A DNA stretch of 45,243 nt from Rubrobacter sp. (GTDB lineage Bacteria > Actinomycetota > Rubrobacteria > Rubrobacterales > Rubrobacteraceae). This document shows, piece by piece, positions 36,773-45,243 of this stretch. The notes below the pieces were generated by a model. The model saw only the letters and a list, made by a program, of their open reading frames with translations. It did not search any database and was not told the DNA's origin. The stretch is taken from the NCBI GenBank assembly GCA_035640175.1, contig DASQWQ010000294.1, positions 1 through 45,243 on the forward strand, in the 5' to 3' direction. Every line of letters begins with the position of its first letter. Positions within the stretch are counted from its first letter, which is position 1. Both the position numbers and the translations under genes were made by a program.

Positions 36773-37723
36773 TCAAGAGCGCTCCTCCGTTAGCTCCAGG
36801 AAGAGGTCTTCGAGGCTCGGCCGCGCCGGCACGAGTGCCAGAACTGCCACGCCCCCGGCTACCAGGTCCCGCACGACCGGTCCCGGTCCCTCCGGGCCGA
36901 CCGCGAGCCTTATCTCCTCGCCCCCAAGCCCGTCCGGCGGCTCGGCGTCCGCGACTGACGCGTCGGTGACGTGGGTGCCGCCTTCGAGTATTCGCAGCGC
37001 GCTCTTTGCGTCGTCCACCACGAGCCGGTATCCCGGGCGTCCGTTGTCTCCTCCGACGACCTCGGCGATGGTGCCTTCGGCGAGGAGGCGGCCGTGTCCG
37101 ATCAGGGCTACCCGGTTGCACAGTTGCTCGACCTCGGCGAGGAGGTGGCTGGAGAGGAAGATCGTCAGGCCGTCCTCGTTGAGGCGGCGGATGAGCGCGC
37201 GCACGTCGCGCATCCCGCCCGGGTCCAGCCCGCTCGTCGGCTCGTCCAGGATCAGGACCTCCGGCTCTCGCAATAGCGCGGAGGCTATCGCCAGCCGCTG
37301 CTTCATCCCCGTCGAATACGTCTTGACCTTGTCCCGCTCTCGCCCGAGAAGCCCGACCGTCTCCAGGACCCTCGCCATCGGTGGTTTCCCCTTGCGCCGG
37401 TCGGCGGCTGCGAGGACCTTGAGGTTGTCGCGCGCCGAGAGGTAGTCGTAGAAGCCGGGCGCGTCCACGAAGCCAGCGACGCCCTCGCGGCCCCCGGGTC
37501 CGCCTGACGGACGCCCGAGGAGGTGTATCTCGCCCTCGGTCGGCTCGACGAGGCCGAAGACCGCCCGGATCGTGGTGCTCTTACCGCTCCCGTTGGGACC
37601 GAGGAACCCGTACACGTCCCCCCGGCGCACCTCGAAGCTGAGGGAATCCACCGCGACGAAGTCCCCGAACTTCTTGGTGAAGCCCCGGACCTCAAGTACC
37701 GAAGCTCCCCGGGGGCCTCCCAC
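36773..37723 (-). CDS. ABC transporter ATP-binding protein
   Basis: GPNGSGKST, YSTGMKQR, ILDEPTSGLD, SSH, SLEDLFLELT. Confidence 0.94.
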   Translation of the reverse strand: MGGPRGASVLEVRGFTKKFGDFVAVDSLSFEVRRGDVYGFLGPNGSGKSTTIRAVFGLVEPTEGEIHLLGRPSGGPGGREGVAGFVDAPGFYDYLSARDNLKVLAAADRRKGKPPMARVLETVGLLGRERDKVKTYSTGMKQRLAIASALLREPEVLILDEPTSGLDPGGMRDVRALIRRLNEDGLTIFLSSHLLAEVEQLCNRVALIGHGRLLAEGTIAEVVGGDNGRPGYRLVVDDAKSALRILEGGTHVTDASVADAEPPDGLGGEEIRLAVGPEGPGPVVRDLVAGGVAVLALVPARPSLEDLFLELTEERS

Positions 37724-37726
37724 CGT

Positions 37727-38959
37727 CTAACGGGCCAGCAGCCCGCGCGCCGCCTCCCTGAGTTCGGCGGCCGGCACGCTCCCCGCAAGCGTGTACGACA
37801 CACCGCCGTCGCTCCAGTAGAGAACCGTACCAACGGGTGTGGAGAGCTCGCGCGCCTTGACCCCGCCGCCGAGATCCACGAGCGGAACCTGCAACTCGCC
37901 TCCCCGGCCCCCCGCGCCGGAGCCCCGGGAAGGTCCGGCCCCTTCCTCACCACCGGCCTTCTCGGCAAGGACCACGGCCCCCCAGTCCGACCCGTAAGTC
38001 AGGACTGCGCCATCGCCGGCGACCATTATTCTCTCCAGCTCCCGACCTCGGGGCGCCTCGGGTAGCTCTTCGACGGTGAACCCCGCGAGCTCGCTCGCCT
38101 CCTCTACCGACGCGGCCTGCTGAGGCTCGTCGCCTTCGCGGTATTCGTTGGCCCGGTCGTTCCTGGGCTCCGGCCGCTCGACCGTGGCGCCCGGCGGCGT
38201 CTCGAACTCGAAGCGCGCGTCCGGGACGGGGCCGACCTGGAAGTCCTGGGCCTCGTAGCGGGCCACCGGCTCGGGCCTTCCCTCGGCGTAGAGCTCCAAG
38301 AGGAGCGGCACGAAGGCCTCCGCGTCGACGAGCGCCTCGGCACGCTCAACGAGAGTCGCGCTCTTGTCCTTGGGCTCCAGGGTCAGCGGGTACGCCCAGC
38401 GCCCCACGACCTCGACCGGCGCCCCGGTCTTGAGTTTGCTGGACGACGCTATCTCCGCGAGAACTTTGTCAATCTCCTCCGGCGACGCCCCTGGCAGCCC
38501 GTCCACCCCAGCCGCGCCGGACAGCGCAGCCTCCGGCTTCTCGCCGGTCTTAAGCGTGTTCGACGCGCCGTCGTAGATGCTTACCCGGTCGCCATTCCGG
38601 ACGAGGACCCGGTCCCCGCTCTCGCCCTGGAGCTCGGCACGTAGTCTGTCGGGGCCGCTGCGCCAGACGCGGGCGGTGCGCGGGCCGGAGTCTCCGGTGT
38701 TGCCCCCTTGGGAGGCGCCGAGGAGACCTTCAGGGAAGAGCGTCTGCTCGACGGTCACGGTCGCGCGGAAGTTGGGTGCACTCTCGGGGGCGGCGCTTAC
38801 GCGGGAGAGGAGTTCTTTCTCGGTGAGCCTCTCGGGCGGCTCGCCCTGGGCACCGGCCCCAACGGTGACCGCACCGACGCCGAGCGCCGCGACGAGAATG
38901 AGGCCTAAGGCCACGGTCAAGGCTCGTGTCGGGATCCGTTCGGTCCTCGCTCCATCCAT
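37727..38959 (-). CDS. Secreted LolA/RseB-fold-like protein (DUF2092-type)
   Basis: Signal or anchor helix, ARVW...RAEL, YPLTLEPK, VDAEAFVP, FEFETPPGATV, LAGSV. First gene of the ABC operon. Confidence 0.7.
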   Translation of the reverse strand: MDGARTERIPTRALTVALGLILVAALGVGAVTVGAGAQGEPPERLTEKELLSRVSAAPESAPNFRATVTVEQTLFPEGLLGASQGGNTGDSGPRTARVWRSGPDRLRAELQGESGDRVLVRNGDRVSIYDGASNTLKTGEKPEAALSGAAGVDGLPGASPEEIDKVLAEIASSSKLKTGAPVEVVGRWAYPLTLEPKDKSATLVERAEALVDAEAFVPLLLELYAEGRPEPVARYEAQDFQVGPVPDARFEFETPPGATVERPEPRNDRANEYREGDEPQQAASVEEASELAGFTVEELPEAPRGRELERIMVAGDGAVLTYGSDWGAVVLAEKAGGEEGAGPSRGSGAGGRGGELQVPLVDLGGGVKARELSTPVGTVLYWSDGGVSYTLAGSVPAAELREAARGLLAR

Positions 38960-39536
38960 GAAACGCCTCCTCGCGCCGACCCTACCGCAGCCCCTTGGAC
39001 CTTTCTAGTCTACCCTACGAACGGAAGACAGGAATGGGTTCGCGCACACTCTAGCCGGGTCGTTCGCCGCCCGAAGCGGTGTTTCACCTGGCCGAACTTT
39101 CGCGGCTTAGGACACCGCGCCGCGACGAGATCTCCCTCGGTGGCGGAGCAACATTAGCTTCCTCTGGGGGTTGAGGGTGCAAAAGTTCGAAGAGACGGGA
39201 GGTACGGCAACCCTATACTTCTCCGAGGGCAAGGGGTTTGCGCATAGATCTACGATACGAAACGTATGAAGAACCGGAAGCACTCGTCCTACATCGGCCT
39301 GAGGAACCCACCGGGATGTGGAACTGATGATACTGCTCGCTCGCAGGAGCCCGACGAATTGATCGAAGCTCCTGGTCGAATGCCCGATGGTAGGAGGGTT
39401 ACCCCTCTCTCTACCGGCTCCTCGCTCAGGAGGTGCCTTGAGGATCTTCCACCCTGGTGCAGGCTACGCTACTCCTGTGACATTACGGGGCGGGGGTCTG
39501 ATCACGTTACTTTCTCCGCCCCACTAACGAAAGGTG

Positions 39537-39712
39537 ATGGCGAAGATAAAGAACCCGGCCCTACTGTTCGCTTCGATGGCCTTAGCGGTGCTGTTGCTTG
39601 CACGACGGCCGTGCTGACGGCTGCGCCGGGAGTCGGGCAGACACAACGCCGACGGTGACGCTGGTCGGCGCGGAAGACATCGCCTCTTGCAGCTCCGATC
39701 GCGATAAATCGC
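39537..39712 (+). pseudogene. 5' remnant of a secreted metallophosphoesterase-like gene
   Basis: Across two frameshifts it reads KNPALLFASMALAVLL/ACTTAVLTAAPGVGQT/TPTVTLVGAEDIASCSSDRD: a signal peptide plus a degenerate GAGDIA motif. It ends at repeat locus L. Confidence 0.5.
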
Positions 39713-39713
39713 A

Positions 39714-39805
39714 AGCATTTCAGCTTGTCAGCCAGTCAGCTCTTTGGTTGCTGAAGTGCTGACCTGCGCGGTTTGGGGAAGGGTCAACCCTTCCCCAAAC
39801 CGCTG
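39714..39805. repeat. TCAGC repeat locus L with 16-bp hairpin
   Basis: AGCATTTCAGCTTGTCAGCCAGTCAGC...GCTGAAGTGCTGACCTGC, then GCGGTTTGGGGAAGGG-TCAA-CCCTTCCCCAAACCGC (39768-39803). Confidence 0.85.
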
Positions 39806-39815
39806 TAGTACTGGA

Positions 39816-41315
39816 TCACTCGCCGGTCGAATCCGCAGCCAGGTCCGTGAGGCGGGACATGGCAAAGCTCGTCGCCGGGTAGAGCGAGCGGTAGACTTCG
39901 TAGTGCTCCTCGTAGATCTTCGCCCGGTCACTATCGGGCTCGGTGATCTCCTCTCGCAGTTTCACCACGGAAACAGCTTCGTCCACGTCGGCGTAGGTGC
40001 CTGAGGCCACCCCTGCCAGGAGGGCGGCGCCGTAGGCCGGTCCCTCGTCGGCGACGGTCCGGCGTATGGGGGTGCTGTAGATGTCCGCTTGGAGTTGACG
40101 CCACAGAACGCTCCTCGCCCCGCCGCCGGTGGCCCTCACGTCCTCGACGGGTACGCCGAGCCCGCGCATGATCTGAAGAGAGTCGCGCAGGGAGAAGATC
40201 ACGCCCTCCATCACGGCGCGGGTCATGTGCTCCACTCCGTGACGGGCCGTGAGACCGAAGAAAGCCCCTCTGGCTTTGGGGTCGAGGTACGGCGTCCGCT
40301 CGCCCGAGAGGTAAGGCAAGAATACGAGCCCTTCGGAGCCTGCCTGGACGCCTGAAGCCGCCTCGACCAGCTCGCCATAGTCGCCCCCCAGCGATTCGCG
40401 CCACCAGGATAGGGACCCTCCCGCAGAGAGCGTGACGCCCATCAAATGATAAGCGCCTGGCACAGCGTGGCAGAAGGCGTGCAGGCGTCCGGACGGGTCG
40501 GGATTGAAGTCGCTGGCGTGGGCGAAGAGGACGCCGCTCGTGCCGACGGAGGAGTTGACGAGCCCGGGGCCCACGATGCCCGTCCCGACGGCCGCCGCCG
40601 CGTTATCACCACCGCCCGCCGCTACGCGGATGCCTTGCGGCAGGACAAGCTCTTCGGCCACACTCTCGCGTATGACGCCCGTGCTCTCAGGACCTTCGTA
40701 TACTTCAGGCATCCACCCTTGCGGGATCTCCAGAGCGTCCAGGATCTCGGCCGACCAGTCGCGGGCCCTCATGTCGAGGAGCAGAGTGCCAGCCGCGTCC
40801 GAGGCGTCCGTAGCGTACTCGCCCGTGAGCTGGAGCCTCACGTAGTCCTTGGGCAGGAGCACGTGGGAGATCCGCCTGAAGTTATCCGGCTCTTCTTCTC
40901 CCAGCCAGACGATCTTCGGTGCCTGGAAGCCTGTGAGGGCTGGGTTGCCGGCGATGGAGATAAGGCGCTCCTCCCCCACGGCACTGGTTATCGTTTCGCA
41001 CTGCCTGTCGGTGCGCTGATCGTTCCACAGGAGCGCAGGCCTTATTACCTCATCAGATGAATCGAGGAACACGGAGCCGTGCATCTGCCCGGTGAGCCCG
41101 ATGCCTGCTATCTGCTCTCCTGTCTCTGTGGCGACCTTCTTTATTACCTCCTTAGTGCCCTCCCACCAGTCTGCGGGGTCTTGCTCGGTCCAGCCTGGAT
41201 GCGGGCTGTGAAGTGGGTACTCTGAGGAGGCTTCGGCGACTATTTCTCCCGACTCGTCCACGGCGACGGCCCTCGCGCCGCCGGTGCCGACGTCGAGGCC
41301 GATTAGAACGCTCAC
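39816..41315 (-). CDS. xylB: Xylulokinase (FGGY kinase)
   Basis: GLDVGT, TGQMHG, LLWNDQR, LLPKDY, GGGDNAA, AFCHAVPG, PYLSGERTP, GGGARS. Confidence 0.88.
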   Translation of the reverse strand: MSVLIGLDVGTGGARAVAVDESGEIVAEASSEYPLHSPHPGWTEQDPADWWEGTKEVIKKVATETGEQIAGIGLTGQMHGSVFLDSSDEVIRPALLWNDQRTDRQCETITSAVGEERLISIAGNPALTGFQAPKIVWLGEEEPDNFRRISHVLLPKDYVRLQLTGEYATDASDAAGTLLLDMRARDWSAEILDALEIPQGWMPEVYEGPESTGVIRESVAEELVLPQGIRVAAGGGDNAAAAVGTGIVGPGLVNSSVGTSGVLFAHASDFNPDPSGRLHAFCHAVPGAYHLMGVTLSAGGSLSWWRESLGGDYGELVEAASGVQAGSEGLVFLPYLSGERTPYLDPKARGAFFGLTARHGVEHMTRAVMEGVIFSLRDSLQIMRGLGVPVEDVRATGGGARSVLWRQLQADIYSTPIRRTVADEGPAYGAALLAGVASGTYADVDEAVSVVKLREEITEPDSDRAKIYEEHYEVYRSLYPATSFAMSRLTDLAADSTGE

Positions 41316-42391
41316 GCCTCTCTCCTGCTGGCGCGGGCCTCTTTGCGGCGCCTGGAGATCTCCGCCTCATAACCTTCGTCCATGCCGAGCGCGGCGTAGA
41401 CCGCCTTCTGGCCGGCCAGGGCGTCGGCACGGGTCTTGGCCTCGTGAAGCCCGGTCCTGTCTATCTTCTTAGCCAGGTCCCAGACGAACTCCCACTGCAG
41501 GATGGCGCGCCTGACGGCGGCCACCTGGTCCTCCGTGTAGGGATAGAGGTCGAAGCCTATGATCTCGCCTTCTACCCCGTAGCCCGTGTCCTGGAGCGTC
41601 TGGGCCAGCTCCAGGGTCTGCATGAAGAAGTTGGTGCCGACTACGTTGTCGTCGTCGAAGGTGCCCCAGCCGTCGTTTCCGTGCTGGTGGCCGAGCTTGT
41701 GCTCCGAAGCCAGGAGGTCGGCGTACTCGGCCAGGTTCTCGCCGTTCATTATGAGGTGCTGCCAGTCCATATTGACCTGAAGGTTTGTCGTGTCCACCCC
41801 GAGGGCGTTGACCTTCTGGATCGTGAACAGCGTCATGCCGATGTTCTGCATGAGTATCTTCATCGCAGGCTCGCTGTTCTTGTGCTCCAAAAAGACCTTG
41901 ACGTTTTTCGCGTTGGCGTGGTCGGTTAGCTCCGCCACACCCTCGACAAAGCGCTGCCAGGCTTCGGCGTAAGGGCGCTGGAAGGTGTAGTTGTAGCCCT
42001 CGGCGCCGGGCCAAATGATGAAGTTCGCTCCTATCTCGGCGCAGAGGTCTATCCCGTGTTTGAGGGTGTCTATGCCCTGGCGGCGCAGACCCTCGTCGGG
42101 GTTTATGAAAGCGCCCTTGCCGTAGGTCGGGTCGGGGTGGAGGCCGGCGGCGATCACGGGCAGGTCCATTCCATAGCCGGAGAGGACCCGCAGCACCTCC
42201 TCGGCGTTATCCTCGTTTATCTCGCCCGGGTAGTGGTACTCAAGGCCTTCGAGGAGGTCGTGGAGCCCCGCGCAGACGCGTTCGGTCTTCTCGACCATCG
42301 GCTCGTCCGCGACCTCGTGATGGTAGCCTGGCGGCACGAAGCGCGTCACGGCCGGCCCGAACGCCCAGATACCCACAGAGTTCTTGATCAT
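41312..42391 (-). CDS. Xylose isomerase-like TIM-barrel sugar isomerase (non-canonical)
   Basis: KGAFINPD, WPGAEG, EHKNSEP, DWQH, FDDD, FDLYP. GTGA overlap with xylB. Confidence 0.8.
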   Translation of the reverse strand: MIKNSVGIWAFGPAVTRFVPPGYHHEVADEPMVEKTERVCAGLHDLLEGLEYHYPGEINEDNAEEVLRVLSGYGMDLPVIAAGLHPDPTYGKGAFINPDEGLRRQGIDTLKHGIDLCAEIGANFIIWPGAEGYNYTFQRPYAEAWQRFVEGVAELTDHANAKNVKVFLEHKNSEPAMKILMQNIGMTLFTIQKVNALGVDTTNLQVNMDWQHLIMNGENLAEYADLLASEHKLGHQHGNDGWGTFDDDNVVGTNFFMQTLELAQTLQDTGYGVEGEIIGFDLYPYTEDQVAAVRRAILQWEFVWDLAKKIDRTGLHEAKTRADALAGQKAVYAALGMDEGYEAEISRRRKEARASRREA

Positions 42392-42819
42392 CCGGCTCCT
42401 CCTTGCCTCTCGTCTCCCGGACGGGAGATCCGCTCACCCTCCGTCTATCATAGCCCGGATCAGGATCCCGTTTCGAGGCGCACCGGCCGTCTGTGAGAGA
42501 GATACGACTATCCCGATGAGATCCTCTGACGCCCCCTATAGTGTCCGGGCGCACAAATCCTGGTCGGTTGCGAGCAGGTCGGTGTTGTTTTGTGGTGGCG
42601 AAGGTCGGGCTAGTGTAGCATACGGCTCAGCGTTCCTGAGCCGCTTCGCTTAAGTATGGGACCTTCGGTCCGGGCGTGGCTCGCAGCGTTTCTGCCGCGG
42701 CCCTCTGTCGCACCCCCAACTAAATGGAAGTAGCACGGTTACGATTTTCCCTTTAGGCATGGCCGGTCTTTGCATAGGCCCGAGCCTGAAGAGGTTGAGA
42801 GAAGGCGATCGGCGCCTCC

Positions 42820-44556
42820 ATGAGCCGGCTAACCCTACGAAGGGAAGGTTTCACGTTGCAGGACATAGAGCGGGAAAAAGCCATGGAGAGGGAGAGATCC
42901 GAAGTCGGGGTCGTGTTCTGGGTCTCGGCCGCCGTCGCCCTGGCGTTTATCCTGTGGGGGGTGATAGCGCCGGGGAGCTTCGGCGCCGTGACGCAAGCGG
43001 TCTTCGACTGGGTAGTCTCGAACCTTGGCTGGTTCTACCTTTTGGCGGGAAACTTCTTCCTAATCTTCGTGGTCATCCTGGCCCTCAGCCGCTACGGGAA
43101 GTTCCGACTCGGTAAGGAGGGTGAGAGGCCCGAGTTCAGTACCTTCGCGTGGTTCGCTATGTTGTTCCAGGCGGGGATGGGACCGGCCCTCCTCTTCTGG
43201 GGCGTGGCAGAGCCACTCTCCCACTACAGCGACCCACCCTTCGGCCTCGCCAAGGCCGGTACGACGGAGGCCGCCCAGGTCGGAATGCAGTACTCATACT
43301 TCCACTGGACGCTGCACCCGTGGGCCATGTACGCCGTCGTCGGGCTCGCGGTGGGGTACTTCAGCTTCCGGCGGGACGAGCCCGGCCTTATCAGCCCGGT
43401 CTTCAGGCCCCTGCTCGGTGACCGGGTAGACGGCCCCCTGGGGAAGACCATAGACGTGATGTCGGTTCTCGCGGTCCTGTTCGGCGTCGCTGTCTCCTTA
43501 GGTTCGGCCGGCCTGCAGCTCACCGCTGGGCTCGGCGAGACCTTCGGAACCCCGACCGGGATCGTCGTGCAGCTTCTCGTCATCGGTATCACCACGATCG
43601 CCTTTATGATCTCGGCCTCAACGGCGGTCGAGAAGGGGATCAACTACCTCAGCCAGATCAGCATGTACGTGGCCGCCGTCTTGCTTGTCTTCTTCCTCGT
43701 TATGGGTCCCACGGCCTTGCAGCTCGGCGCCCTGACGCAGGGGATTGGCGACTACCTAGGCGGCCTCGTCCCGATGAGCATGAGAATAGAGTCCTTTGAC
43801 CAGGATAATGCCTGGCTCGGAAGTTGGACCGTTTTTTACTGGTCGTGGTGGATCGCCTGGTGCCCGTACGTCGGCTTGTTCATCGCCCGCATCTCCCGCG
43901 GGCGCACCATCCGGCAGTTCGTCATGGGGACCGTGATCGGCCCGAGCGTGGTCACCTTTATCTGGATTGCCGTGTTCGGCGGGTCGGCCCTCCACCTCGC
44001 CCAGACGCAGGGCGGGGGGATAGCCGAGAGGGTCACGGCCGACCCAGCCTCCGGGATGTTCGTCTTCCTCAACCAGTTCCCGCTGGCGCTGCCCATGTCG
44101 ATCCTCACGCTCGTGGTGCTCTGGATCTTTTTCGTGGCCGGCGCCGACGCGGGAACCGTCGTGCTCGGCAGCATGTCCACCGGCGGGCCCCAGGAGCCGA
44201 AGCGGTGGATCAAGCTCTCCTGGGGCGCGGCTATGGCGGCGATCGCGAGCATACTGCTAGTGGCCGGGGGTCTGGGCGCGCTGCAGTCGGGCTCCGTCTT
44301 GTTCGGGGTCCCCTTCGCATTCATCATGGTTGCCATGTGCATGGCTTTTTACATGCACCTCCGCAGCGAGGCTCGCAGCGAACGGCGAGGCGATGAGGAC
44401 GTGCCTCTCACGCCCAGCGCGAGGAGGACGCCGTCGGCAGGCGGGGCTCCGCCGGCGCCGGGCCAGGCGTTCGCGGTCGAGGAGCCGCCGCCGGGTTACA
44501 ACCGGAATCCCGGAGGTCAGCGCGGAGTCGGGGAGACCGGAATGGAGAAACCGTGA
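42820..44556 (+). CDS. BCCT family betaine/carnitine/choline transporter
   Basis: WFAMLFQAGMG, FWGVAEP, FHWTLHPWAMY, WTVFYWSWWIAWCPYVGLFIARISRGRTIRQF. The start could be the ATG at 42883. Confidence 0.94.
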   Translation: MSRLTLRREGFTLQDIEREKAMERERSEVGVVFWVSAAVALAFILWGVIAPGSFGAVTQAVFDWVVSNLGWFYLLAGNFFLIFVVILALSRYGKFRLGKEGERPEFSTFAWFAMLFQAGMGPALLFWGVAEPLSHYSDPPFGLAKAGTTEAAQVGMQYSYFHWTLHPWAMYAVVGLAVGYFSFRRDEPGLISPVFRPLLGDRVDGPLGKTIDVMSVLAVLFGVAVSLGSAGLQLTAGLGETFGTPTGIVVQLLVIGITTIAFMISASTAVEKGINYLSQISMYVAAVLLVFFLVMGPTALQLGALTQGIGDYLGGLVPMSMRIESFDQDNAWLGSWTVFYWSWWIAWCPYVGLFIARISRGRTIRQFVMGTVIGPSVVTFIWIAVFGGSALHLAQTQGGGIAERVTADPASGMFVFLNQFPLALPMSILTLVVLWIFFVAGADAGTVVLGSMSTGGPQEPKRWIKLSWGAAMAAIASILLVAGGLGALQSGSVLFGVPFAFIMVAMCMAFYMHLRSEARSERRGDEDVPLTPSARRTPSAGGAPPAPGQAFAVEEPPPGYNRNPGGQRGVGETGMEKP

Positions 44557-45243
44557 CCTCCAGACCAGCGCGCGGGTTCTTCCCACGCCTGCTCTTCCTC
44601 GCGCTCCTCGTCGTTTCGCCCCTCGCGGGCTGCGGCGCAGGTGGCGCCGACGCCGGGGGAGACGAGGTGAAGATCGAAGGGGACCAGTTCAGGCTGAGCG
44701 GCACGCAGAGGGACGCGCAGTTCGCCGTCGGTTCAGAGAGCTTCACCGAGCAGCAGGTCTTGGGAAACATCGCCATCCAGGTCCTCGAGGCGGCCGACGC
44801 CACGGTCATCGACCGGACCGGTCTCGGCGGCAACGAGGCCGTGCGCCAGGCACTCGAAGACGGCGAGATAGACCTCTACTGGGAGTACACGGCCACGGGC
44901 TGGCTGGTCCACCTGAGCGAGACCTCCTCCATACCCGATCCCCAGAAGCAGTACGAGGCCGTAGCCCGTCAAGACCTTGAGGAGAACGGCATCAGGTGGC
45001 TGGACCCGGCGCCGGGTAACGATACGTACGCCATCGCCGCAAGCGAGAAGACCGAGCGGAAACTCGGCGTCCAGACCGTCTCGGACCTGAAGCGCCTGAT
45101 CGAGGGGCGGCCCGAGGAGGCGACGCTGTGCCTTAACAACGACGACGACTTCCGCACCCGCTTCGACGGGCTGCCAGGCCTGGAGCGGGCCTACGGGTTC
45201 CGCTTCCCCGAGGAGAACCTCATAGAGATGTCCGTCGATGCGG
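44553..45243 (+). CDS. Glycine betaine/choline ABC substrate-binding lipoprotein (OsmF/OpuCC-like), 3'-partial
   Basis: Not in the ORF track because it runs off the window. GTG overlaps the BCCT TGA. Lipobox LAGC, then VGSESFTEQQVLG, GEIDLYWEYTATG, NDTYAIA, RFDGLPGLERAYGF. Confidence 0.87.
   Translation, partial: MTSRPARGFFPRLLFLALLVVSPLAGCGAGGADAGGDEVKIEGDQFRLSGTQRDAQFAVGSESFTEQQVLGNIAIQVLEAADATVIDRTGLGGNEAVRQALEDGEIDLYWEYTATGWLVHLSETSSIPDPQKQYEAVARQDLEENGIRWLDPAPGNDTYAIAASEKTERKLGVQTVSDLKRLIEGRPEEATLCLNNDDDFRTRFDGLPGLERAYGFRFPEENLIEMSVDA

Noticed and set aside
39000-39530. 130-aa ORF 39266-39658 or an IS remnant
   Set aside because: No RBS, family motif or terminal repeats were seen. Its 3' part is better explained by the phosphoesterase remnant.
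497-39805. TCAGC repeats as a CRISPR array or integron attC sites
   Set aside because: There is no constant repeat with unique, regular spacers, and no cas or integrase gene. Units are 8 nt and dispersed, and flanking genes face both directions.
42620-42820. c-di-AMP (ydaO) riboswitch upstream of the BCCT gene
   Set aside because: TCGCTTAA, GGCCCGAGCC and small hairpins are present, but the GCGGGGGA, GGGTGAA and CAGCTAAC core elements are absent. An Rfam scan would settle it.

Overview
GC-rich bacterial window with no rRNA, tRNA, CRISPR array or intact transposase. Gene content suggests an actinobacterium, probably Rubrobacter-like (inference). Its core (about 8-27 kb) is a large polyhydroxyalkanoate (PHA) locus. 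It has a Bacillus-type class IV/III synthase pair whose PhaR/PhaE-like subunit carries repeated N-terminal Trp helices and a C-terminal E3-binding (PSBD) domain. It also has a second, class I-type PhaC, plus phaA, phaB, a phasin, a PhaQ-like PadR repressor with a recurring candidate operator (TATNTGY-N7-ACATA), two acyl-CoA dehydrogenases and a CoA-transferase. On the left is a BKACE / HAD / ketopantoate reductase-like / 3-hydroxyacyl-CoA dehydrogenase-like / hydroxyacid-oxoacid transhydrogenase cluster. On the right are oxoprolinase/hydantoinase AB, a MOSC protein, a mannosyltransferase, a LolA-like ABC operon, an atypical sugar isomerase with xylulokinase, and betaine transport genes. Two window-wide signals stand out. 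First, about 12 intergenic loci belong to a modular repeat family built from 8-nt TCAGCNNN units plus 13-16 bp hairpins whose stems differ in sequence but keep an AAGG/CCTT top. Second, gene decay is widespread: at least 8 genes have in-frame stops, frameshifts or internal deletions, and several of them are not visible in the ORF track. All calls come from reading motifs by eye; no searches were run.
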